Of a stretch of DNA of 64,000 bases, positions 8,679 to 16,761 are shown piece after piece. Origin of the DNA: a virus; the IMG/VR virus record IMGVR_UViG_3300048586_000548, positions 29,494 through 93,493 of that record; one strand, written 5' to 3'. Each line of letters opens with the position of its first letter. Position 1 is the first letter of the stretch. A program made the translations under genes and the position numbers. The notes under the pieces are model-generated. The model saw only the letters and a list, made by a program, of their open reading frames with translations. It was not told the origin of the DNA and made no database searches.

Positions 8679-8700
8679 CAAATGGTGACATTGGTGACCA
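8679..8700 (+). promoter_or_regulatory. arm-type-like repeats upstream of int (possible autoregulatory Int sites)
   Basis: CAAATGGTGACATTGGTGACCA, two degenerate copies of the attP arm motif, ~35-56 nt before the int start. Confidence 0.5.
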
Positions 8701-8713
8701 CTGCCGGAGCGGA

Positions 8714-8923
8714 CTAGCTGGTGGGCGTTTCATCCTGCGACAACCACGCATGCTGGGCGGCCTGGTCCTGGAGCACCAACCCGTTGGTGCGGGCGAAGGC
8801 CAAACATGCCGGGCACACCAACTCATAGCTTACTACCCGCTGACCGTCACGGCGACGGACAGCCAGAGCCACCGGCTCCGCCAGCAGCGCGGGCACGGGG
8901 TGGGCACACGCTCCGAAGGTCAC
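8714..8923 (-). CDS. small Zn-finger hypothetical protein
   Basis: CAH..CPAC; coupled to the upstream ORF. Confidence 0.5.
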   Translation of the reverse strand: MTFGACAHPVPALLAEPVALAVRRRDGQRVVSYELVCPACLAFARTNGLVLQDQAAQHAWLSQDETPTS

Positions 8924-9330
8924 GGGGCACCTCGCACCAGCGCGTCAAGGTCCCACACACCCGCGGCGCGGATCAGTTTCTCGACCGGAGGCTGCGGCAT
9001 CTGCTTCCGGCGCATCACGCACCACGCCGCGAGACCCCAGACCTCGTCGTGCTGCCACATGGCATACGCCGTGGGAATGGCGGTGAAGGGAAGCGGTTCC
9101 GCGTCGGCGCATCCCCAAGCAAACACGTCGCTGCAATTCACCGACAACTGCACCGCGTTCAACCGACGGCCCACCTTGTCGTCCTCGCCGTCATGCCAGA
9201 AACCATACAGGCTCACCACCTCGTTGATCAGCAAGTGGGCCACCCGCAGCGACACCTCGGGAGAAAGGGCGTCGTCCGCGTCGTCCTGTGATTCGGCTGT
9301 GACAGCTCCGGCAGCGATGCTTCGCGTCAC
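8920..9330 (-). CDS. hypothetical phage protein
   Basis: Coupled ORF; VNCSDVFAWGCADAE..WC..R..PQ. Confidence 0.6.
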   Translation of the reverse strand: MTRSIAAGAVTAESQDDADDALSPEVSLRVAHLLINEVVSLYGFWHDGEDDKVGRRLNAVQLSVNCSDVFAWGCADAEPLPFTAIPTAYAMWQHDEVWGLAAWCVMRRKQMPQPPVEKLIRAAGVWDLDALVRGAP

Positions 9331-9557
9331 GCTGCGCTCCCCGCGGTGTCACGGATGTACCGGGCGATCCACTCCTGCAGCTGGCGTTCGGTTTCGTCGC
9401 GGAAGCCCTTCATCGCGGTCAAGCTTTCCTCCAACGCCACCACGCGCTGAGCGAGCGCGATGCTTTCGTTCTCTGATGGACGCGAGCATCCGTGAACGCC
9501 GTAGCTAAAATCGCCCTTGGCGATGTTACGCACACGAGCGTTCGTCAGGTCAGTCAT
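9327..9557 (-). CDS. hypothetical protein
   Basis: ATG with GGAGG SD; coupled at both ends. Confidence 0.55.
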   Translation of the reverse strand: MTDLTNARVRNIAKGDFSYGVHGCSRPSENESIALAQRVVALEESLTAMKGFRDETERQLQEWIARYIRDTAGSAA

Positions 9558-9792
9558 GGGGCACTTCTTCAAGGAACGACACCACGCTCCGCCAGACGTC
9601 GTCATCCGCCTCGCTCAGCATCATCCACCCCGCAGCAAAGCACTCGGAGTACGCTTCCCACGCTGCCAGCGCGTCCGGCTCGCTCAAGGCGAATCCCCGG
9701 GCCTCCGCAATGGCCACGATGCGCTCGATATCTGCTTGGTACACATGCGTTTCGGACGAGGGCGCACGAAAGCGCAGGCGACGTTCACTCAT
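9550..9792 (-). CDS. hypothetical phage protein
   Basis: DIERIV..AWEAYSE..AAGWM; GGAG SD. Confidence 0.6.
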   Translation of the reverse strand: MSERRLRFRAPSSETHVYQADIERIVAIAEARGFALSEPDALAAWEAYSECFAAGWMMLSEADDDVWRSVVSFLEEVPHD

Positions 9793-10042
9793 GCTCCAGC
9801 TCCTCCATCGGCAGCCGGTACAGTACGAACGGGGTAGAGGGCCCCACGTACCCGCCGACGTAGTTGAACTCCAAGTATTCCTGCGCTTCATCGGCGCACA
9901 TACCATCCCGCTCCATCAAGACTTCAATCATTTGCTGAAAGTCGTAGCACGCCACTGGTCCCACGCCGCAGCGTTCCACCAGGCCCAGCCAGGCAGACTC
10001 GAAGCCAGGCCAGCACAACAGTCCGTCCTGTTCAATTGGCAC
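9785..10042 (-). CDS. conserved phage hypothetical protein
   Basis: GFESAWLG..YD..MIEVL..GM..EAQEYLEFNYVGGYVG..TP pattern, common in phage early regions. Confidence 0.65.
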   Translation of the reverse strand: MPIEQDGLLCWPGFESAWLGLVERCGVGPVACYDFQQMIEVLMERDGMCADEAQEYLEFNYVGGYVGPSTPFVLYRLPMEELEHE

Positions 10043-10196
10043 TCGGCCTCCAACGCAGGTCGACCACATGCAGCAGGCAGATTGCCGAACACACCGCGGC
10101 GAAAATCGCTTCGAGCGGGTGTCCTTGGAGGTCAAGTACGAGTGCTTTCAGCAGGAAGTACGTGCCCAGGGCTCGCAGGATATTTTCCAAGGTCAC
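10032..10196 (-). CDS. small hydrophobic protein (54 aa)
   Basis: Manual translation MTLENILRALGTYFLLKAL..; GAGGAG SD; fills the gap between coupled ORFs. Confidence 0.45.
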   Translation of the reverse strand: MTLENILRALGTYFLLKALVLDLQGHPLEAIFAAVCSAICLLHVVDLRWRPSAN

Positions 10197-10441
10197 GTGC
10201 GCTCCTCGTAGTCACGGACGCGGGCAAGGGCGTCGTCAACTGCACACGAGAGGTCGAGTCGCAGACCGGACTTGTCCGCATGGACCACCGCCTCCGCGAG
10301 CTGCATCATCGCCTCGGTGTGACTACCCGTCGGCGCAACGCCCCAGAACGTCCACTCGCCGTTTGCCTCACAGACGGCTTCAGTTTCTTGGCTCCACACC
10401 TCCACGCGGATCGGTGTGTCGGTTCCTCGCCGGGCGCTCAC
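10193..10441 (-). CDS. hypothetical protein with TEAMMQLAEA module
   Basis: Coupled ORF; shares a 32-bp segment with 11360-11707. Confidence 0.55.
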   Translation of the reverse strand: MSARRGTDTPIRVEVWSQETEAVCEANGEWTFWGVAPTGSHTEAMMQLAEAVVHADKSGLRLDLSCAVDDALARVRDYEERT

Positions 10442-10677
10442 GGCGTGACCTTCGGACAGACCTTAATGCCCGGGTTGGCAGCCACGGCGGAATGCTGGAT
10501 CAAGTGGATCGGCAGTGCGATCGGCCACAGCACTCCGCCGAAGCGTGCCTTGTCCAATCCCTGGGGGTCGCCGGGACACGTATCACGGGCCAGCAACGAG
10601 GCAGTCCCCATACCAACCAGCACGTACAGGACCGCCCCTGAGAACAGACCCAAAAAGAACTTCCGAGCGTCGCTCAC
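10438..10677 (-). CDS. small membrane protein
   Basis: Two hydrophobic segments; GAGGAG SD. Confidence 0.5.
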   Translation of the reverse strand: MSDARKFFLGLFSGAVLYVLVGMGTASLLARDTCPGDPQGLDKARFGGVLWPIALPIHLIQHSAVAANPGIKVCPKVTP

Positions 10678-10871
10678 GTGTTCTCCTCGAAAACGATTTC
10701 CCCGCTCACGTGCTCGTAGTTGGCCGTAAAGCGGCACACCCCGCAGTTGTGCGGGTACATCGGCGGATCCATGGTCAGCACCGCACCCGTCGGATGCAGG
10801 GTGCCTCCGCACTTCGGACATTCGTGATCAATCCGAAAGGCGAGCATGGGGGTCCGGCGGCTATGACGCAT
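10674..10871 (-). CDS. Zn-ribbon protein
   Basis: CPKC..PPMYPHNCGVC. Confidence 0.6.
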   Translation of the reverse strand: MRHSRRTPMLAFRIDHECPKCGGTLHPTGAVLTMDPPMYPHNCGVCRFTANYEHVSGEIVFEENT

Positions 10872-11052
10872 CAGTCACCTCCCATACCGCTTGGCGGAAC
10901 GCGTAATTCGCATCCGACTGCAGCTGGAGCAACTGCTCCCGATCGGCCTTATGGGCAGCCTCGCGGCTGTCTCCCTCGTACCAGTTGCGGTACCGCGCCT
11001 TCGCGTCCAGGTACTTGGCGAGGGCTTCGTGGTAGTCGTCGATGGGGTGCAT
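10861..11052 (-). CDS. hypothetical protein
   Basis: Helical 63-aa ORF in the coupled array. Confidence 0.5.
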   Translation of the reverse strand: MHPIDDYHEALAKYLDAKARYRNWYEGDSREAAHKADREQLLQLQSDANYAFRQAVWEVTDAS

Positions 11053-11367
11053 TCAACTGGTCCTTTGCAATTTGGGGCGCCATACTTGTGCCTTGCGGTC
11101 CGGCGCACGGCGCTCAGCAGCCGACTGCAGTGGGTAGCCGAGCCCTCGACCCCGGTTGTGATTGCACGTCTGACACGCAGGCCGAAGGTTGTCGTCACGG
11201 TTCGTTCCACCGGCGTGCTTCGGCCGTAAGTGCTCCAACGTCATCTCGTCGAATGGCAGCAGGTTACGGCACCAATGGCACCGTACGATCCCGTCCGGCC
11301 AACGCGCGGCGTTGTACACCCGCAGGCGCCTCGCCTGGCTCGCCGAGCGGCGTGTCGGCTCAGCCAC
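11053..11367 (-). CDS. HNH endonuclease
   Basis: CHWC..TLEHLRPKHAGGTN..NLRPACQTCNHNRG. Confidence 0.9.
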   Translation of the reverse strand: MAEPTRRSASQARRLRVYNAARWPDGIVRCHWCRNLLPFDEMTLEHLRPKHAGGTNRDDNLRPACQTCNHNRGRGLGYPLQSAAERRAPDRKAQVWRPKLQRTS

Positions 11368-11707
11368 CCCTCCCCCTAAGCTCGCGGACGCGGGCGAGGG
11401 CGGCGCGGTAGGCCAACATGGCCGTCTGGCATCGCAACGCCACGTCTTGCGGTGGACCTTGTGCTCCATCGGTGAGATCGAAATGATCCTCTGCGGCCTC
11501 CATCTCCTCCGCCGCCTCCGCGAGCTGCATCATGGCCTCGGTGAGCGAGCCGGGGGCGGTCGGCAATGACTCTGTGCCCCGTCCAAGGCATCGGATGCAG
11601 GACCACTGCTTCGGCGGGATGCCGAGGCCCCCGCTACCGTAATGCGGGTCGCGCCCCGTACCAGCGCACGCGGGACAGACCACCTCCACGCTGATCGGCT
11701 CACCCAT
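11360..11707 (-). CDS. DnaJ-type Zn-finger hypothetical protein
   Basis: CPACAGTG..CIRCLGRG followed by the TEAMMQLAEA module. Confidence 0.6.
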   Translation of the reverse strand: MGEPISVEVVCPACAGTGRDPHYGSGGLGIPPKQWSCIRCLGRGTESLPTAPGSLTEAMMQLAEAAEEMEAAEDHFDLTDGAQGPPQDVALRCQTAMLAYRAALARVRELRGRGG

Positions 11708-11957
11708 CCTTCCCCCCGATCTGGGCGAGGCGGGCTCGAAACGGAGCGGTGTGATAGCACCAATTGTCCATGCGGCATGCCGTCGAGCAGCACATGCTCT
11801 CGAGCTCGGTAAGCGCCGCCCTCGCAATCGCAATAGCCTCGTCGCGCTCCTGCCGCACGTCGGCGCAGGTGCTTCGATACGCGGCCCAATCCAGAATCCA
11901 GACCACCCCGGCCAGCAGAAGCAGCGGCAAGGCGAGCATTTCGATAGCATTGGTCAC
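11700..11957 (-). CDS. small membrane/coiled-coil protein
   Basis: N-terminal TM helix, QERDEAIA coiled coil, Cys cluster. Confidence 0.5.
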   Translation of the reverse strand: MTNAIEMLALPLLLLAGVVWILDWAAYRSTCADVRQERDEAIAIARAALTELESMCCSTACRMDNWCYHTAPFRARLAQIGGKDG

Positions 11958-12166
11958 GGGTCACGCACCTTGACGCAGGAAATGGACACGGCCGCTCTGC
12001 TGGTGACGTTGTTTGTGAAGCACACCACGCCGTATTCCGCAAACACGTGCACTCGGGGGCGGTCAGGGGCACTTGCGGCAGCCGCGCTCGGGGCCAACCA
12101 CGCCCGGACCACGGAGAGAACCGCGACGCCAAGCATGACCATCACCGCCGCCTCCCTACCCGACAT
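11954..12166 (-). CDS. small exported hypothetical protein
   Basis: Signal-like N-terminus; GVVCF..AVSISCVK. Confidence 0.5.
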   Translation of the reverse strand: MSGREAAVMVMLGVAVLSVVRAWLAPSAAAASAPDRPRVHVFAEYGVVCFTNNVTSRAAVSISCVKVRDP

Positions 12167-12410
12167 CCGCGGCCTCCCGTTCGTAGATCATCGCGAGCTC
12201 CGGCTCGCCGAGCTGGGAAACCTTGAGCGGTTCCGTACCCACGGACATGCGATAGATGTCCTCGGCGCAGCTACCCACGCACACCATCAACCGACGCCCA
12301 TCGGGCAAGTCGCCCACGAAGGTGAAGGAGTACTTGTAGTAGCTGCAGAATTGGACCAGCACGTCGCCGTACCGGGCCAGCTGGTCGGCCGTCAGCTCTT
12401 CAGTTTGCAT
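12156..12410 (-). CDS. hypothetical phage protein
   Basis: VQFCSYYKYSFTFVG..DIYR; GGAGG SD. Confidence 0.6.
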   Translation of the reverse strand: MQTEELTADQLARYGDVLVQFCSYYKYSFTFVGDLPDGRRLMVCVGSCAEDIYRMSVGTEPLKVSQLGEPELAMIYEREAADVG

Positions 12411-13215
12411 GCCGCGCCTCCGCCTGCTCACGCTCACGCACCATGGTCAGCGTTTCGGCGTAGCCCGCGATGTCCACGGCGTTGTCCCGCTTGGCCCGGT
12501 TCATCTCGCGGCTCACCTTGACCAGGATCATGGCCAACGCTACTTCCCCCGGCTCGATCGGGGCCGTGAGTTTTTCCCGCCACATCCCGGACCACATCGC
12601 GGCCGTGCGGCTGAAGTCCACGATCGGGTGACCGTAGTCCGCCCCACGGTTGCCGTGCACCAGCCGCTGGGCTTCCTCGAGTGCCGACTCGTTCGGCACC
12701 ACCGGCGGGGGCGCGGTGTCAGGAATGGTCGTATGCAGCAGGGCGTCGCGGACCTCGAGCCCCAGCGCACGGGCAATATCATGCTCCAGCCGCGCCCCCT
12801 TGCTGTGCTCCCAGCCGGGAAGGAGGGCAATGGCGTCCACACTCAGCAGCGCCTTGATGTCTTCGCGCATGTACACGGGGTAGGACAAGGTCTGGTCGCC
12901 GTCGAAGTGGTCGGCCGGGTTGACAACCTGCCACCCTTCACGACGCCAATCCGCGGCAGCCGCATGGAACGCTGGGAAGTTGTAGTCCTCGATGCCTGTC
13001 ATCGGGCCGGAGATGTACACTCGACTACTCGTCATCCGTTGCTCCTCAAGATTTGGTGTCAGCCCGGAGCCGCCACAGGCTTCGCAAGCATGTTGTTCTT
13101 GTCCAGGCTCGGGGTCGCCGCAGCATTCCCCCGAGTCTCGTGCGCGCATGCAGCACTGCGGCACCGTAGCGAGGTAATAGCCGTCACCCCCGCACGCCCC
13201 GCAGGGGTGGTACAT
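12400..13215 (-). CDS. Zn-finger + DUF4406 (nucleoside deoxyribosyltransferase-like) + DUF6378-like fusion; internal start at 13035
   Basis: CGACGGDG..CEACGGSG; VYISGPMTG..NFPAF..NPA..LPGWEHSKGARLE; R..DYGHP..F...A..WS..KVSRE..DN.VDIAGYA. Confidence 0.8.
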   Translation of the reverse strand: MYHPCGACGGDGYYLATVPQCCMRARDSGECCGDPEPGQEQHACEACGGSGLTPNLEEQRMTSSRVYISGPMTGIEDYNFPAFHAAAADWRREGWQVVNPADHFDGDQTLSYPVYMREDIKALLSVDAIALLPGWEHSKGARLEHDIARALGLEVRDALLHTTIPDTAPPPVVPNESALEEAQRLVHGNRGADYGHPIVDFSRTAAMWSGMWREKLTAPIEPGEVALAMILVKVSREMNRAKRDNAVDIAGYAETLTMVREREQAEARHAN

Positions 13216-13730
13216 CAAACACTCACGCCGGTGGACCCGAAGCCGCCCGTACGCTCCGTGGACTGCCCCACCGTCCCGACCTGCCAGTAGGCTTCGTGGC
13301 GCGGCTGGATGACCAGCTGGGCCACGCGATCGTGGTGGTTCAGCAGCGCCGCCCGGCTCGACACGTTGGTCAGCACGACGGCCCACTCGCCGGGGTAGTC
13401 CTCGTCGATCGTCCCGGGAGAGTTGACCACCACCAGGCCCTGCTTCAGCGCCAGCCCCGAGCGGCTCCGCACCTGACATTCCCAGCCCGTCGGCAGCTGC
13501 GCCCGGAATCCCAGCGGCACGGCCGCCCGGTCCCCGGGGTTCAGCCAGAAGCCCAGCCCTTCCACCTTGACCACGCGCTGCTCATTGGTGCGGCTGTACA
13601 CCACCACGCCCTGGTCTTCCCGCAGGGCGGACAAGTGCGCGTAGGCGTCCATGCCCGCTGAACCGGCCGTGCTGTACGTCGGCAGCGCGGCGTCCGGGTA
13701 GAGCGGTTCGATTACGACTGTTGCTTGCAC
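13215..13730 (-). CDS. dut: trimeric dUTPase
   Basis: GSAGMDA, RSRSGLA, GTIDEDYPGE, RVAQL, RTGGFGSTG. Confidence 0.95.
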   Translation of the reverse strand: MQATVVIEPLYPDAALPTYSTAGSAGMDAYAHLSALREDQGVVVYSRTNEQRVVKVEGLGFWLNPGDRAAVPLGFRAQLPTGWECQVRSRSGLALKQGLVVVNSPGTIDEDYPGEWAVVLTNVSSRAALLNHHDRVAQLVIQPRHEAYWQVGTVGQSTERTGGFGSTGVSV

Positions 13731-13924
13731 GACGTGCTCCCCCGAAAGGCTGAGGCCACCAGCCACACGCCCGCGCCACCCACCCACGCCGTGCCCGTAG
13801 GTACCACGCCCGCACGCGCCAGCAGGGACCAGCCCAAAACGCACATGCCCACCTTCACGGCGACCAAGATCACCTTGGCCAGCAACAGTCCCATACCTTC
13901 TGCGATCGTATCCGTATTCGCCAC
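13712..13924 (-). CDS. small membrane protein
   Basis: Two hydrophobic segments; GAGGGAG upstream. Confidence 0.5.
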   Translation of the reverse strand: MANTDTIAEGMGLLLAKVILVAVKVGMCVLGWSLLARAGVVPTGTAWVGGAGVWLVASAFRGSTSCKQQS

Positions 13925-13976
13925 TCCGCTACTCCCTCAAAGGTTCCTCACCATTCGCTCGGCAGGGCGCCACCTT

Positions 13977-14010
13977 ACAAACGACAAACGCCAGCTGGTG
14001 AGCTGGCGTT
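13977..14010 (-). terminator. intrinsic terminator after the lysis-like pair
   Basis: AACGCCAGC-loop-GCTGGCGTT followed by TGTCGTTTGT. Confidence 0.55.
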
Positions 14011-14036
14011 GGGGCGACGGACAATCGGGTGGTGGG

Positions 14037-14750
14037 CTAGAACACGTAGCGCAGGCTGACACTGGCGTGGGGACCGCGCATCTTGCCGTCCCACAGGTAC
14101 ATGCCGAAGTCCGCGGAGGGGACCAGGCCCTTGCCCACCTCAAACGCCATCCCTGCCCGCACCTGGGCGGGACCGGTGGGTGAATACGACCCTTCGATGT
14201 AGTTGTAGACTCGCTTCCGGGGCAGTGGCACGTCCACGTACGGGATCTGCACCTCCGCCAGCTCTCCGCGCCAATTCACCACGGCGAAGTGCGCGTCACC
14301 CGTGCGCACAATGCCCACCTGAGGGCTGAAGGCGGGACGCGTCAGCTGGTACTCCACACTCAAGGGCCCAAAGGCGGGCGGGGCGGTCACTTTTCCGGCG
14401 ATCACTCCCGCAAAGGTGGAGTCCAAGAACTCGGCGGTGCGGGTCTCGCCGATCACCTCGGTGTACAAGGTGTCGTGGCGCACCAGCGTGTCCCGCTTGG
14501 GCACCCCGATCTGCACCCCAGCGATCAGCTTCCCGTTGAGCTGGCGCGCGGCCTTCAGCAGTTCTGCCAGGGAGTCGCGCTCCACGACCGTGACGGCCAA
14601 GCGCGCGGCGGTCTCGGCGCTCAGGCGCTGCTCGGCGATCGCCTTCGCCTTGTTCGTCCGGGACGCGGCAAGCGCGCTCGAGACCACGCGATACCCCAGC
14701 GCGGCGAGCAGCAGCCCACCCACAAGCAACGCCCAATGTTGACGCTTCAT
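14037..14750 (-). CDS. membrane-anchored protein, spanin-like candidate
   Basis: N-terminal TM helix, coiled coil, RDTLVRHDTLY, C-terminal amphipathic strands ending VSLRYVF; follows a holin-like gene. Confidence 0.5.
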   Translation of the reverse strand: MKRQHWALLVGGLLLAALGYRVVSSALAASRTNKAKAIAEQRLSAETAARLAVTVVERDSLAELLKAARQLNGKLIAGVQIGVPKRDTLVRHDTLYTEVIGETRTAEFLDSTFAGVIAGKVTAPPAFGPLSVEYQLTRPAFSPQVGIVRTGDAHFAVVNWRGELAEVQIPYVDVPLPRKRVYNYIEGSYSPTGPAQVRAGMAFEVGKGLVPSADFGMYLWDGKMRGPHASVSLRYVF

Positions 14751-15079
14751 CGTCCGCGCACCAACAGCGACTGGATCGCGTCGAGCTTTTTGGAGACGTC
14801 CTCGAATTGCCGCTGGACGGTGTTGCTCAGGTCATCGACGCGGCGGCTCAGCGCAGGCGGGCCGCCACTCGCCAGGTCGCGCTCGAGCAGGGACAGTTGG
14901 GTCTCGAGCTTGGCCACCCGCTCCAACGCGCCGCGGCTGATTTCTCGTTCCCCGCTACTGTTGAGCAGGAGCACAAAAAAGGCTCCCATCACTGCGGGAA
15001 CCGCCCAATTCAGCATGCGGGCAGTAAAACTGGACCAGGTGCCCGTCATGCTGTCGCTGGGGCGCTTTGTTGGTGTCAT
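14747..15079 (-). CDS. holin-like protein (single TM + coiled coil)
   Basis: WAVPAVMGAFFVLLL then ERVAKLETQ..LDAIQ; located at the end of the tail module. Confidence 0.45.
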   Translation of the reverse strand: MTPTKRPSDSMTGTWSSFTARMLNWAVPAVMGAFFVLLLNSSGEREISRGALERVAKLETQLSLLERDLASGGPPALSRRVDDLSNTVQRQFEDVSKKLDAIQSLLVRGR

Positions 15080-15080
15080 G

Positions 15081-15137
15081 CCACAGTTCCCCGATTCAAT
15101 AGGCTACGAGTAAGTCGAATCGGGGACTGTGGAATCG
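15081..15137 (-). promoter_or_regulatory. candidate promoter CGATT-N15-CGACTTA (15137-15111) inside a hairpin (15081-15132) that sequesters the RBS of the holin-like gene
   Basis: CCACAGTCCCCGATTCGA pairs with TTGAATCGGGGAACTGTGG; ATG 2 nt after the stem. Confidence 0.65.
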
Positions 15138-15142
15138 TGGGG

Positions 15143-15388
15143 CTACGCGGCGGGGGTCACTCCACCATCCGCCAGCTCCAGCGCCTCGTACACCAACTCG
15201 CCCGTCGCCTCGTCCAGCTGGGCCAGCTGTTCCGGGGCGATGCCCTGGGCGTCGAACACCAGCGTCAGCACCCGCTGCCCTTCACGATCGGCCTCGGCGA
15301 GGGCGCTCCGCAGGGTGTTCACTGCGCGCTGCGTGTCCTGAATCTGCTGCAACTGCACTGCGGTAAGCTTCTTGCGAACTTCGGCCAT
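15143..15388 (-). CDS. coiled-coil hypothetical protein
   Basis: GGGGGA SD; 81 aa. Confidence 0.6.
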   Translation of the reverse strand: MAEVRKKLTAVQLQQIQDTQRAVNTLRSALAEADREGQRVLTLVFDAQGIAPEQLAQLDEATGELVYEALELADGGVTPAA

Positions 15389-15391
15389 GCG

Positions 15392-15571
15392 TCATCCCCC
15401 TGGTGTAACGTGATGCCCCTTGAGCCGCAACGTGGCGGCGAGTTCCAACAATTCCCATGCTCGTGCCTGCCAATTGACCCCCGCGGGCAGTTCCGCTGCG
15501 CGATACATTGCCATTTCCAGCAACGCACGCCCTCCTGCCTCCAATGCGGTCACACATTCATGACATGCCAT
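15392..15571 (-). CDS. hypothetical protein (59 aa)
   Basis: Manual translation MACHECVTALEAGGRALLEM..; fills the gap. Confidence 0.45.
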   Translation of the reverse strand: MACHECVTALEAGGRALLEMAMYRAAELPAGVNWQARAWELLELAATLRLKGHHVTPGG

Positions 15572-15602
15572 AGTCTTTCCATTCGTCGGTGACGCGTAGA
15601 CC

Positions 15603-15815
15603 TTACGGGACCAGCGTGGCCGCCACCGTTACCACGGCACCCACGGTGAGTCCCGTGGCTTCCGCGGCGGTCATGCCGCCGATACGCACATTGATCGGTG
15701 CCACGGCGGTGCCGTAGCCGGGAGCTTGCGACGGCTCGTTGGGGCTCAGGATCACCGCGTAGGCAGTCCCGGTCATGGTGACAACTTCCTGGCGTTCAAT
15801 CACGGTGTACTGCAT
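15603..15815 (-). CDS. hypothetical protein (small beta protein)
   Basis: GAAAGG SD; 70 aa. Confidence 0.6.
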   Translation of the reverse strand: MQYTVIERQEVVTMTGTAYAVILSPNEPSQAPGYGTAVAPINVRIGGMTAAEATGLTVGAVVTVAATLVP

Positions 15816-15836
15816 GGGTCGAACCTTTCGTTGCGG

Positions 15837-16760
15837 TTAGCCGCCGCCACACGGATCAATGGCGGTGATATTCACGGTGTCGTAGACGTAGCTGCTGTAC
15901 TGGAATCCCGGGTCGTTCGCTGCGTTATAGGCCCGCATGGCCAAGTTGTACGTCCCTCCCGCCACGACGGTGTGGGTGAAGAACTGCCCCGAACCAAACC
16001 CCGCGGGGGTCACGCTCGAGTAGTAGCTGTTCACGTTCGTCACCGTGTACGGTGGTGCCGCATCGATGGACACCTCGATCGGGAAGGCGCTCAGCGGCGA
16101 CTGGAACACGTGGATCACGTAGCGCGGCTCGAACTCGCCGCCCCCCACGTCTTCACAGTAGGTGACATCGCTGACGACGACACTTGGGGCCGGAGGTGCC
16201 ACCTGTACCGTGATGTTCTTCGACACCACCGGGGTGAAGTCACTCCACTCGCCGTACTCGCCGTTGCGCACGAACCGATGGCGCGCCTTCACGTAGAAGT
16301 CGGTATTGCTGACGTTGTCCAGGCCCGGAAACGACCGCGAGGCCGAATCCAGGCCCCCCGCCCCACCGCCCGTGAAGAACGTGGTCACCGTGAACGGCGT
16401 GGCCGCCGAGTACCCATACGCCCACTCGACTTCCCCGTCGAAGTATTCGTACGGCTCATCGCCCGGAAAGGGGTCCAACGTGGGCGGTGGATTCAGGAAA
16501 TCCAGCTCAGCAAGCACGTCCGCGGGAGCGGTCTTCGTCAGGGTCAGCGTACCCACCGGGGCCACCGGCATGGGCACGCGGAAGACTTCCTTCCACACCC
16601 CGCCCGTGCGCAAAAAGGCGCGCCGCAGCCGACGCCAGCTCAGTGTTCCGCCGGACCGGTGCCGCACCCACAGCAGGTACCGATAGTTGACGTCCTGGGT
16701 CTTTGGCGGGATCCAGTCCCAGGTCTCCCCAGTGCGCACGCGCAAAAAGGACTTGTCCAT
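15837..16760 (-). CDS. tail-associated protein, FN3/Ig-like
   Basis: YVKARHR..YGEWSD and YNLAMRAYNAA, FN3-like C-terminal strands. Confidence 0.55.
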   Translation of the reverse strand: MDKSFLRVRTGETWDWIPPKTQDVNYRYLLWVRHRSGGTLSWRRLRRAFLRTGGVWKEVFRVPMPVAPVGTLTLTKTAPADVLAELDFLNPPPTLDPFPGDEPYEYFDGEVEWAYGYSAATPFTVTTFFTGGGAGGLDSASRSFPGLDNVSNTDFYVKARHRFVRNGEYGEWSDFTPVVSKNITVQVAPPAPSVVVSDVTYCEDVGGGEFEPRYVIHVFQSPLSAFPIEVSIDAAPPYTVTNVNSYYSSVTPAGFGSGQFFTHTVVAGGTYNLAMRAYNAANDPGFQYSSYVYDTVNITAIDPCGGG

Positions 16761-16761
16761 A

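Noticed and set aside
12400-13730. Modified-base (e.g. Z-genome or 7-deazaguanine) pathway
   Set aside because: No PurZ, DpdA, Que or hydroxymethylase genes are recognisable in this window
15813-15840. CGACCCA upstream of the 15815 gene as a further promoter copy
   Set aside because: No CG-initiated -35 box at 15 nt, and it overlaps the start codon
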